64,000 nt of DNA from an uncultured Candidatus Saccharibacteria bacterium (GTDB lineage: Bacteria; Patescibacteriota; Minisyncoccia; Phycocordibacterales; DATDWN01), in contig CAZQVT010000001.1 of NCBI GenBank assembly GCA_964596875.1, positions 42,514 through 106,513 on the forward strand, in the 5' to 3' direction. The notes under the pieces are model-generated. The model was given only the letters and a program-made list of their open reading frames with translations. It had not been told where the DNA came from and did not search any database. Shown here one piece after another: positions 1 through 8,077 of the stretch (the first letter of the stretch is position 1; each line of letters starts with the position of its first letter). Both the position numbers and the translations under genes were made by a program.

Positions 1-882
1 AAATACGATACTGTTTATAAAACTTGGAAGCATGATGTAAAAGTAGAAGGCGGAAACTTGGTGATAGACGGCAGAACAGTAAAGTTTGTTTCTGAAAAAG
101 AACCTACAAAACTTCCTTGGGGAGAGTTGGGTGTAGATGTAGTTGTAGAGTCTACTGGACTTTTTACAGACTTTGAAAAGGCAGCAGTGCATATGCAGGC
201 TGGTGCGAAAAAAGTTGTTATCTCTGCTCCGGCAAAGGGGGGTGAAGGCAAGGGGGAGACAATCCTAATGGGAGTAAACGAAGAAAAGTTTGGAACATGT
301 GATGTTACTTCAAACGCATCTTGTACTACAAATGCTGCATCGCCTCTCATTGCAATCCTTGATGAAAACTTTGGTATTGAAAAAGCAATTCTAAACACTG
401 TGCATGGTTATACTGCATCACAGGCTCTAGTTGATGGCCCTTCTAAAAAGGATTTGAGAGAGGGACGTGCAGCAGCACAAAACATTGTGCCTTCATCTAC
501 AGGTGCTGCTATAGCGGTAACAAAAGCATTTACAAAACTAGAGGGACTTTTCGATGGTATTTCTATTCGCGTTCCAGTTCCAGCAGGTTCTATAGTAGAT
601 GTAACTTTTATTTCTAAAAAACCTACGACTGCAGAGGAGGTAAACAGTGTGTTGCGAGAGCAAGCAAAACAAGACAGATGGAAGAAGATTTTTAGTGCTA
701 CAGATGAAGAACTAGTTTCATCAGATATTTTAGGAAGTGAGTATGGTTCTATTGCGGACTTGAAGATGACTCGTGTTGTTGGAGGAAACTTGGTAAAGGT
801 TATGGCTTGGTATGACAATGAGGCGGGGTATACACATATGCTGATCGACCACGTAGTAAAGACCGGCGGAACTATTAAGTAA
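1..882 (+). CDS. gap: glyceraldehyde-3-phosphate dehydrogenase, C-terminal ~290 codons (5' end lies outside window)
   Basis: Frame is open from nt 1 (KYDTVYKTWKHDVKVEGGNLVIDG...). Catalytic-domain signature SNASCTTN and C-terminal WYDNEAGY are typical GAPDH. Confidence 0.85.
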   Translation, partial: KYDTVYKTWKHDVKVEGGNLVIDGRTVKFVSEKEPTKLPWGELGVDVVVESTGLFTDFEKAAVHMQAGAKKVVISAPAKGGEGKGETILMGVNEEKFGTCDVTSNASCTTNAASPLIAILDENFGIEKAILNTVHGYTASQALVDGPSKKDLREGRAAAQNIVPSSTGAAIAVTKAFTKLEGLFDGISIRVPVPAGSIVDVTFISKKPTTAEEVNSVLREQAKQDRWKKIFSATDEELVSSDILGSEYGSIADLKMTRVVGGNLVKVMAWYDNEAGYTHMLIDHVVKTGGTIK

Positions 883-1016
883 ACTTCCAGATTTGGGTAA
901 ATTCTCGTTCCCAAATTAAAAATGTGCGTCACCTTATATCAAATAAGGCTCCTTACATTTTTAATTTCTCCCGTCGAATTTCCTCCAAATCTGAAAGTTA
1001 GTGGTATAATTAACAT

Positions 1017-1262
1017 ATGAAAAAGGCAATTAAATTTTTATGGTACTCATTTATTATTTTGTTAATTTCTGAAATAGTTTTTGGTTTGGATTTTGAATCT
1101 GTGCTCCCAAAAAATCTACGTTTTAGCCCTATTGTGAACTTTTTAGAAGACGCATCTTTTACAATAATTCCATTTCTTTTGCTCCTTGTTATGGCGACGA
1201 TGATTGTATTGCTTGTCGTTCAAGTGATAATTAATAAACGCAACAGTAATAAAGTTATATGA
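1017..1262 (+). CDS. small hydrophobic membrane protein, hypothetical
   Basis: 81-aa ORF with two hydrophobic helices; 4-nt overlap with next ORF (operon-like). Confidence 0.4.
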   Translation: MKKAIKFLWYSFIILLISEIVFGLDFESVLPKNLRFSPIVNFLEDASFTIIPFLLLLVMATMIVLLVVQVIINKRNSNKVI

Positions 1263-1531
1263 GTAAGAGAAATACATTAATTGCACTACTATTCCCGCTA
1301 CTCGTTATTTTTTGGATTTCATTTGGAAAAACAATCCCATATAATTTCACCATCTTATTTGTTCCATTTGTTATTTTTATAACAGGTTTGCCACAATTAT
1401 TATCATGGTTTATTTTTTCAATGATTTTTGGAATCTCAGAGCCGGCTGGTATTTGGTTTAATACACTGACAGTAATACTAAGTTTTCCGTATGGCATGTT
1501 GGTGACTAATTTTATTTTTAAAAATAAATAA
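1259..1531 (+). CDS. small hydrophobic membrane protein, hypothetical
   Basis: 90-aa ORF, strongly hydrophobic, abuts rpiB start. Confidence 0.4.
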   Translation: MSKRNTLIALLFPLLVIFWISFGKTIPYNFTILFVPFVIFITGLPQLLSWFIFSMIFGISEPAGIWFNTLTVILSFPYGMLVTNFIFKNK

Positions 1532-1978
1532 ATGAAAATTTATATTGGATCAGATCACGCTGGGTTTGCAACAAAGGGGGAACTTATTGAGTATCTAAAG
1601 ACATTGTCTGTAGAAGCCTTTGATTGTGGTCCACACGAATACAATCACGAGGATGACTATCCTGACTACATTTCTATAGTTGCAAAACAAGTTTCAGAAG
1701 ATCCAGATGCAAAAGGGATTGTTTTAGGTTTTTCTGGACAAGGAGAAGCGATAGTTGCAAATAGGTTTCCAAACGTGCGTTGTGCAGTGTTTTATGGCGG
1801 CACAAAGCATATACTTACACTGTCTCGTGAACACAACGATGCAAACATGCTTTCTATCGGCGCACATTTTGTGACAACACAGGAGGCAAAACAAGCAGTA
1901 GAACTATGGCTTCATACAAATTTTACAAACGAAGAGCGTCATGTAAGACGAATTAAGAAGATAGACCAAATAAAATAA
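1532..1978 (+). CDS. rpiB: ribose-5-phosphate isomerase B (RpiB/LacAB family)
   Basis: N-terminus MKIYIGSDHAGF is the RpiB signature; ~148 aa. Confidence 0.85.
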   Translation: MKIYIGSDHAGFATKGELIEYLKTLSVEAFDCGPHEYNHEDDYPDYISIVAKQVSEDPDAKGIVLGFSGQGEAIVANRFPNVRCAVFYGGTKHILTLSREHNDANMLSIGAHFVTTQEAKQAVELWLHTNFTNEERHVRRIKKIDQIK

Positions 1979-1982
1979 CAGC

Positions 1983-2657
1983 ATGACTAAAGTACTTCCA
2001 GCAATAATACCAGTAAATAAAAAACAACTAGAAGAAGAAGTTTCTATGGTCGCACATTTTGCAGATACAGTTCAGGTAGATATTTCTGATGGTGTTTTTA
2101 CAAACACTAGAACGTGGCCATACAACGGACAGGATAGAGATTATTTTGAAAACTTAAAAACAGAGGCCGAAGGTTGGCCAAAATGGGAAGATGTAGATAT
2201 CGAACTTCACCTCATGGTCGCAAAACCAGAAAATATTTTGGAAGACTGGATTTCTACGGGAGTTTCTAGTGTTGTTGCACACATAGAAGCCACAGACGAC
2301 TTTCAAGAGGTTATAGATATTTGTAAAGAAAAAAATATTTCTGTTGGTGTTGCTATAAAACCGAGTACTGATATAGAAAAAATAAAAGATTTTGTTCCTC
2401 AAGTAGATTTTATTCAGGTAATGGGTTCTGACAATTTAGGAAAACATGGAGTAGAGTTGGAAGAAAAAAGTTTAGAGGTGATAAAATCATTGCGAGCAAA
2501 GTTTTCAAATAGTATAATTGCTATTGATATTGGTGTAACAGAAGAAAATGCAGAAACTCTTGTAGGTGCCGGTGTAAACAAACTAATTTCCGGAGGAGCA
2601 ATACTGAATTCGGATAGTCCAAAAGAAGTGTACAATTATTTCGAGTCTCTGAATTAA
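1983..2657 (+). CDS. rpe: ribulose-phosphate 3-epimerase-like TIM-barrel protein (divergent)
   Basis: VQVDISDGVF resembles the Rpe HVDVMDGHFVPN motif; ~224 aa fits size; context in pentose-phosphate cluster. Confidence 0.55.
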   Translation: MTKVLPAIIPVNKKQLEEEVSMVAHFADTVQVDISDGVFTNTRTWPYNGQDRDYFENLKTEAEGWPKWEDVDIELHLMVAKPENILEDWISTGVSSVVAHIEATDDFQEVIDICKEKNISVGVAIKPSTDIEKIKDFVPQVDFIQVMGSDNLGKHGVELEEKSLEVIKSLRAKFSNSIIAIDIGVTEENAETLVGAGVNKLISGGAILNSDSPKEVYNYFESLN

Positions 2658-2861
2658 CATTATATGAAACATATAATTTTTAGAGACTGCGGAGATAATT
2701 AGCAATTTAAGACGAAGATAAAACAAGCCTGAAGCACTGTTTGAGCGCACGTAATCGTGGCGAGTTTGCGAGAAGGCTGTGTATCTAGGATATAAATTGC
2801 TTGATTGTCGAGCGAGAGCAAAATTTTAGTAAAAATTTATGCGTGCTCTAAAAAATATATG

Positions 2862-3758
2862 TTGAATAACTTAACAGACGAAAAAATAGAGTTCCTCACA
2901 AAAAAAGCAAATGAAATCAGGATCTCTATTATAGAGATGCTAGTTTCTGCTGGTTCGGGACACTCTGCGGGACCTTTGGGAATGGCAGATATTTTTACAG
3001 CATTATATTTTTATATACTTCGCCACAACCCAGAGGAGCCTTTTTGGGAAGATAGAGACAGACTTATACTTTCAAATGGTCACATAAACCCAGTTTTGTA
3101 TGCAACACTCGCCCATGTTGGATATTTTCCTGTAAATGAACTTTTAACACTTAGAAAATTTGAGTCACGTTTGCAGGGGCACCCACACAGAGAATTTTTA
3201 CCTATTTTGGAAACTAGTTCTGGTCCACTTGGTTCAGGACTTTCACAGGCGGTGGGTATGGCGATAGCAGACAGGATGGATAAGGGTAAAACTTCAGACA
3301 GATTTTTCTATTGTTTGCTTGGCGACGGGGAACTTAATGAGGGTCAAAACTGGGAAGCAATAATGCTTGCTGGAAAAGAAAGACTTGGAAATCTTATCGC
3401 GATAGTAGACAGAAACAATATTCAAATAGACGGATATACAGAAGATGTGATGCCACTGGACTCACTCACACATAAATTTGAAGCCTTTGGCTGGCATGCA
3501 GAAGAAATAGATGGTCACAACTTTTCATCTATTGTAGAGGCGGTAGGTCGCGCCCAAGCTGTTTTTGATGGACCAAGTGTTATTGTTGCAAGAACTATTC
3601 CTGGAAAGGGAGTTTCATTTATGGAGCGAGACTTCAAGTGGCACGGCAACCCTCCTGGAACAGAAATGGCTGGCGAACCACCAAAAGATAAACAGGCAGA
3701 GATCGCTTTGCATGATCTGAGAACATTGGGAGGACAGATAAGAAGTGAGCACGAATAA
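2862..3758 (+). CDS. transketolase, N-terminal (TPP-binding) subunit of a split transketolase
   Basis: GSGHSAGPLGMADIF, GDGELNEGQNWEA motifs. ORF track starts at TTG 2805; ATG 2862 lies downstream of a TATAAAT -10 at ~2785 and is preferred. 14-nt overlap with C-terminal subunit gene. Confidence 0.8.
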   Translation: MNNLTDEKIEFLTKKANEIRISIIEMLVSAGSGHSAGPLGMADIFTALYFYILRHNPEEPFWEDRDRLILSNGHINPVLYATLAHVGYFPVNELLTLRKFESRLQGHPHREFLPILETSSGPLGSGLSQAVGMAIADRMDKGKTSDRFFYCLLGDGELNEGQNWEAIMLAGKERLGNLIAIVDRNNIQIDGYTEDVMPLDSLTHKFEAFGWHAEEIDGHNFSSIVEAVGRAQAVFDGPSVIVARTIPGKGVSFMERDFKWHGNPPGTEMAGEPPKDKQAEIALHDLRTLGGQIRSEHE

Positions 3759-4761
3759 ATTTATGATTAATTCTAATTCAAAACTAAATCCAAAAATTTT
3801 TGATAAAAAGGTGGAGCAGGTGCCAATCCGAAATGGTTTTGGCGAAGGACTTTTGGAAGCCGGAGAAAAAGATAAAAATGTAGTTGGTCTTTGTGCGGAT
3901 CTAAAAGAGTCTACAAAAATGAACCTTTTTGCCGATGAGTTTCCAGATAGATTTGTAGAGATTGGGGTCGCTGAACAAAACTTAGCATCGGTTGCGTCAG
4001 GTATGGCTGCTATGGGCAAAATTCCTTTTATCTCAAGTTATGCAATGTTTTCTCCTGGTAGAAACTGGGAACAGATCAGAACAACGATATGTTACAACGA
4101 CAGACCAGTTATAATAGTTGGAAGTCATGCTGGAGTTTCTGTGGGTCCCGATGGTGGAACACACCAAGCTATAGAGGACATGGCGATAACTCGTGTAATA
4201 CCAAACATGGTAGTGTTTTCACCTTGTGACCACATAGAAGCAAAAAAAGTAACTCTGGCTTCCGCAAAACTTGGTAAGCCTGCATACATAAGACTTGCCC
4301 GAGAGAAAACTCCTGTTATCACAACGGCAGACACTCCTTTTGAAGTAGGTAAGGCACAACTTTTCTACGGAGATGAAAAAGAAAATGCTGATGTGGGGAT
4401 TATTGCAACAGGAGCTTTGGTTCACAGAGCACTAAAAGTTGCAGAAGATCTCGCAAAAGAAAAAATAAATGCAAAAGTTTTAAATATTTCTACAATAAAA
4501 CCTTTGGATAATGAGGCAGTTATAAATATTGCAAAAACTTGTGGTGCAGTAGTTACAGTTGAGGAACATCAGGTGGCTGGGGGACTTGGTTCAGCGGTTG
4601 CAGAGTGTCTGTCGCAAAACCTCCCAACTCCACAAGAGTTTATTGGTGTAAAAGATAAGTTTGGTCAGTCTGGTAAACAAGACGAACTCATAAAACACTA
4701 CGAGATGGACGAAGAGGCGATAACAAAAGCATGCAAGAAGGTCGTGCAAAGAAAGAAATAA
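3745..4761 (+). CDS. transketolase, C-terminal (pyrimidine-binding + C-terminal domain) subunit
   Basis: FVEIGVAEQN, GSHAGVSVGPDGGTHQAIED motifs; split Tkt as in archaea/CPR. Confidence 0.85.
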   Translation: MSTNKFMINSNSKLNPKIFDKKVEQVPIRNGFGEGLLEAGEKDKNVVGLCADLKESTKMNLFADEFPDRFVEIGVAEQNLASVASGMAAMGKIPFISSYAMFSPGRNWEQIRTTICYNDRPVIIVGSHAGVSVGPDGGTHQAIEDMAITRVIPNMVVFSPCDHIEAKKVTLASAKLGKPAYIRLAREKTPVITTADTPFEVGKAQLFYGDEKENADVGIIATGALVHRALKVAEDLAKEKINAKVLNISTIKPLDNEAVINIAKTCGAVVTVEEHQVAGGLGSAVAECLSQNLPTPQEFIGVKDKFGQSGKQDELIKHYEMDEEAITKACKKVVQRKK

Positions 4762-4793
4762 TTTAAAAACTGCCTTTCGGCAGTTTTTAAATT

Positions 4794-5798
4794 CTAATCC
4801 AACTTTTTTAGTTTGTATTCTGCTGGGGCATTGTTTAGATATTCCTCCAATTTTTCTCGAGTAAGGAGTCCCTTTTGCGCGCCGACTTGTTGTACAACTG
4901 ACATTGAGTTTATTGGTGCCCATGAAAGTGCCTCATGAAGAGTTTTACCTAGTATTAGTGCGGACACAACAGTAGAAGCAAAAGCATCTCCGGCCCCAGT
5001 TGCTTCACTAGGTGTGTGTGGGTATACAGGCATAAAGTAAGCCTCGTTTGTAGCTGGGTCGTATGAATATGCTCCTTCAAAACCGTCAGTCATTACAACT
5101 TTTTTCGGTCCAAGGTTTGCTAGACCTTTCATCAACACTTTTACATCTCGACTTGTTTCTCCAAGTATTCTCTGTGCTTCTTCTACGTTACAGAAAAATA
5201 TTTCCGTGCTTTTATATATTCTATCAAGAACCTCTTTGCCCATTTTCATTTGGAAAGTTCCAGGTTGGAAAGCAAGTTTAGTTTCAGGATGCTTTTCAAC
5301 AAAATCTACGATTTGCATTTGGAAATCTATAGTGTTATCTGCGAGAGAAGTAAGATAGATCCACTTTGGAGCAGTGTCCATTTTGAAATCGTACTTGTAG
5401 TGCTCGTGCTTTACTAAAATAGTTCGGTTTGCTTCGTACCATAGTACATAGTGATAGTTTGTTTTGTTATCAGGGTCTACGTGCATATATGTAGTATCCA
5501 CGCCGTCTTTTTGAAGTGAAGCAAGACAGTCTTCACCATCTCTGTCTTTTCCTACATACGAGTATAGTGCTGAGTGTAGTCCAAGTCGTGATGCAGACAC
5601 GGCTGCGTTAGCACTGTTTCCAACCGCATAACATATCTCTACTGATTCAAAAGGAACCTTGTCTCCATATCGAACACACAACTCACACTCCTCGTCGTTT
5701 ATTTTGCAGTGAGTTGCCGCGTCTTTAATTTTAATAAAAGCATCTACAACTGTATCTCCTACGGCTAGTAAATCTACCTGTTTATTTTCTGTATTCAT
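4794..5798 (-). CDS. PfkB/ribokinase-family carbohydrate kinase
   Basis: N-terminal LLAVGDTVVD and C-terminal GAGDAFAS motif of ribokinase-like kinases; 334 aa. Confidence 0.7.
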   Translation of the reverse strand: MNTENKQVDLLAVGDTVVDAFIKIKDAATHCKINDEECELCVRYGDKVPFESVEICYAVGNSANAAVSASRLGLHSALYSYVGKDRDGEDCLASLQKDGVDTTYMHVDPDNKTNYHYVLWYEANRTILVKHEHYKYDFKMDTAPKWIYLTSLADNTIDFQMQIVDFVEKHPETKLAFQPGTFQMKMGKEVLDRIYKSTEIFFCNVEEAQRILGETSRDVKVLMKGLANLGPKKVVMTDGFEGAYSYDPATNEAYFMPVYPHTPSEATGAGDAFASTVVSALILGKTLHEALSWAPINSMSVVQQVGAQKGLLTREKLEEYLNNAPAEYKLKKLD

Positions 5799-5845
5799 AT
5801 GGAAAAGTATACCACAGGGAAAGTCCCCTATGGTATACTTTTGTT

Positions 5846-6712
5846 ATGAAAACATTAAAACAAACAGTACTCGAAGCACGAGAGAAAAAGGTTGCAGTCG
5901 GACATTTTAACATTTCTAACTTAGAGGCTTTGTGGGGGATTTTCAAGGCAGCACAAAGTCTAAACGTTCCAGTAATTATCGGAGTTTCAGAAGGCGAAAG
6001 AGATTTTATTGGAGTAAAACAAGTTGTGGCACTGGTGAAAAGTATTCGTGAGGAATACGACTATCCTATATATCTAAATGCTGATCATACTTATTCTTTT
6101 GATAAAGTTAAAGAAGCCATAGATGCTGGTTTTGATTCTGTTATTGTAGACGGCGCAAAACTTTCTTTTGAAGAAAATGTAAAAATGACAAAACAGTGCG
6201 TGGAGTATGCGCGCGCTTGTGGTAGAGAAGTTTTGGTAGAAGCAGAACTTGGTTACATCGGTCAGTCATCAAAAGTTTTAGATGAAATCCCGGAAGGTGT
6301 AATGCTCGACGAAACATCTCTTACAGATCCAGCAAAAGCAAAAGAGTTTGTAGATGCTACAGGTATAGATATGCTCGCTCCTGCAGTAGGGAACTTTCAC
6401 GGCATGCTTCGCTCTGGTGTTGACCCGAAACTAAATATAGAAAGAGTAAAACAAATCGCCGACATAACAGGGATTCCTCTAGTTCTTCATGGTGGTTCAG
6501 GAAACTCTGGAGATGACTTCAAACAGTCTATTGCAAATGGTATCGCTATAGTTCATATAAATACAGAAATTCGTTTAGCATTTAGAGATGGAGTGAAAAA
6601 GTTTCTACAGGAAAACCCAGACGAAGTTGCACCTTACAAATTCCTAAAACCAGGAATGCAGGCAGTACAGGAAGTGGTAACAAATAAGTTGCGACAGTTC
6701 AATAATTTGTAG
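5846..6712 (+). CDS. fba: class II fructose-bisphosphate aldolase
   Basis: VAVGHFNISNLE...LHGGSG...class II FBA/tagatose-bisphosphate aldolase signature; 288 aa. Confidence 0.85.
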   Translation: MKTLKQTVLEAREKKVAVGHFNISNLEALWGIFKAAQSLNVPVIIGVSEGERDFIGVKQVVALVKSIREEYDYPIYLNADHTYSFDKVKEAIDAGFDSVIVDGAKLSFEENVKMTKQCVEYARACGREVLVEAELGYIGQSSKVLDEIPEGVMLDETSLTDPAKAKEFVDATGIDMLAPAVGNFHGMLRSGVDPKLNIERVKQIADITGIPLVLHGGSGNSGDDFKQSIANGIAIVHINTEIRLAFRDGVKKFLQENPDEVAPYKFLKPGMQAVQEVVTNKLRQFNNL

Positions 6713-6731
6713 ACCTCATTCGTTAATAATA

Positions 6732-6846
6732 TTTTTCAGACCACTCACTCTCTCCTGCGGAGAGTTCGCTTATCCTCGGCATCCAACCGTCAAGAACGGG
6801 GTGCCTTGACGGAGCCAAGCTTGGAAGTCTGCGGAGTCTGAAAAAT
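6732..6846. repeat. 115-nt intergenic repeat, copy A (TTTTCAGACC...TCCGTCAAG-aacggggtgc-CTTGACGGA...GCGGAGTC); family R1
   Basis: Near-identical core shared with 22527..22641, including the 9-bp-stem hairpin CCGTCAAGAACGGGGTGCCTTGACGG. Flanked by direct repeat CTCATTCGTTA (6717-6727 / 6856-6866). Confidence 0.7.
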
Positions 6847-6896
6847 ATTACTAACTCATTCGTTACTAAACTCATATTTTAAGAGCGGATTTTAAT

Positions 6897-6925
6897 ATTG
6901 ACATATGTAGTATAATGTGCTATAC
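6897..6925 (+). promoter_or_regulatory. sigma-70-type promoter TTGACA-17-TGcTATACT driving micro-island 1
   Basis: ttgacatatgtagtataatgtgctatact; same architecture as promoters of other islands and of housekeeping genes. Confidence 0.55.
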
Positions 6926-6939
6926 TTATACAAGTTAAA

Positions 6940-6987
6940 TTGTTCCAAGAAAGTGCTTATTTTGAGCCATTTCTTGGAACAATTTCG
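6940..6987 (+). promoter_or_regulatory. perfect 15-bp-stem hairpin in the predicted 5' UTR of island gene 7021..7335
   Basis: AATTGTTCCAAGAAA-gtgcttattttgagccat-TTTCTTGGAACAATT, immediately after predicted TSS and before AGGAGG RBS. Confidence 0.5.
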
Positions 6988-7020
6988 TTAACCGTTCCTT
7001 TCACCGCCCTAGGAGGCAGC

Positions 7021-7335
7021 ATGCAGAACTTCATGGTCAACGTCGTCACCTCGTCGGTTCAGTATCCCGTCGAGAATCCGAGGCTCGATCCGATCTTCGA
7101 CATGAACCAGACCATCCTCCTCCAGTTCGGGCCCTGCTCGAAGGCGGAGGGTGACGCTGTCGCGGACCGCATCAACGCATGGGTTCGTGGTGGCGAAGGT
7201 CGTGGTGCGGCTGAAGCCTTCCGTATTCTGGGACTGGATCAGAGAACGAAAGACGTCTGGGCATCCTGCGACGAAATCCCAACCGCGGGCATCTCGGAAC
7301 TCATCAAAAAGTTCCAGGTGGAAATCCCCGTTTGA
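7021..7335 (+). CDS. hypothetical protein, high-GC island gene (104 aa)
   Basis: AGGAGG RBS 7 nt upstream; GC3-rich codons (gtc/acc/tcg/ggc) unlike host; ORF track 6940..7335 extends upstream but ATG 7021 has the RBS. Confidence 0.5.
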   Translation: MQNFMVNVVTSSVQYPVENPRLDPIFDMNQTILLQFGPCSKAEGDAVADRINAWVRGGEGRGAAEAFRILGLDQRTKDVWASCDEIPTAGISELIKKFQVEIPV

Positions 7336-7526
7336 TCCACGTAACGATCCGTCTCTGGCGCGTCAGCCCAGTATCGTCCGAGGAAGTCATATATTCCTCG
7401 GACTTCCTTCAGAGAATTTAATTCTTAATTAAATGTTCTGAAGGAACGAACAGTTCCATCAAAGTAATTAAACTTTTGATTTCTTTGATGGGACAATTCC
7501 GTCCCTGTTCTTTTAGGAGGTTACCG

Positions 7527-7715
7527 ATGAAAGTTTACATCGTCATGCAGCAGGACCCACACGGAGAGGGTTCGCAGATCATGGGGGTGTACTTGGATAA
7601 GGCGAAAGCCGATGCCGAGGCCGCTGCCATGGTTCACACCATTGCCGTGGACGACGAGGGGCAGGATGTGGAGGTGTGCACTGGAGGTGTGGTAGAGCAT
7701 GAGGTAATCGAGTAA
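7527..7715 (+). CDS. hypothetical small acidic protein, high-GC island gene (62 aa)
   Basis: TTTTAGGAGGttaccgATG RBS; GC3-rich codons; MKVYIVMQQDPHGEG... Confidence 0.45.
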   Translation: MKVYIVMQQDPHGEGSQIMGVYLDKAKADAEAAAMVHTIAVDDEGQDVEVCTGGVVEHEVIE

Positions 7716-7911
7716 GGTAAGTCGTCAGTCTCATTAGGTAACTGACGTAAAAGGGAGTTAAGCTACCCGCCTGCCATGGCAAAGTGCTGATGACCTGAAT
7801 CGGGCGCTCGGAGAGATCCAGCGCCTTTTCGTTTGTAAGAAATACTACTAACAAAATTTTGTTGAGCCATAATTTTTATGGAACATCGCGGAGTGAGTGA
7901 ATAGTGAGTGA

Positions 7912-7978
7912 GAAATGACGCGTATCATTTCGCAAGACCTTGAGCACGAAGTAGCGAAAGGTGTACAGAGTCTGTAAG
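7912..7978 (+). repeat. repeat family R2/R3 copy a: hairpin GAAATGAcgcgtaTCATTTC + GCAAGACCTT ... AAGGTGTACAGAGTCTGTAAG
   Basis: hairpin+GCAAGACCTT shared with 33436.., 43550.., 29685..(rc); AAGGTGTAC...CTGTAAG shared with 33505.., 43618.., 60253.. Confidence 0.55.
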
Positions 7979-8077
7979 ACTCGAAGAAAATTTCTAGCGA
8001 GAAATTATTCTGTTTCCAGAAAAGTTATGGCGAGAAAGAAATTTTGTGTCGCAGATTTAGTTTGATACAATTAAGCA

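Noticed and set aside
15-932. Minus-strand ORFs 15..398 and 408..932 antisense to gap
   Set aside because: They lie entirely within the well-supported GAPDH frame on the opposite strand, with low-complexity translation and no RBS; shadow ORFs. The same applies to the many antisense ORFs inside dnaE (30245-32844), smc (38075-39046), rnr (40131-41912), gyrB, pheT and the helicase.
7440-7456. GGAACGAACAGTTCC as a second LexA box inside island 1
   Set aside because: Spacing is GAAC-N5-GTTC / GGAAC-N5-GTTCC rather than GAAC-N4-GTTC, and it is not within a promoter spacer.
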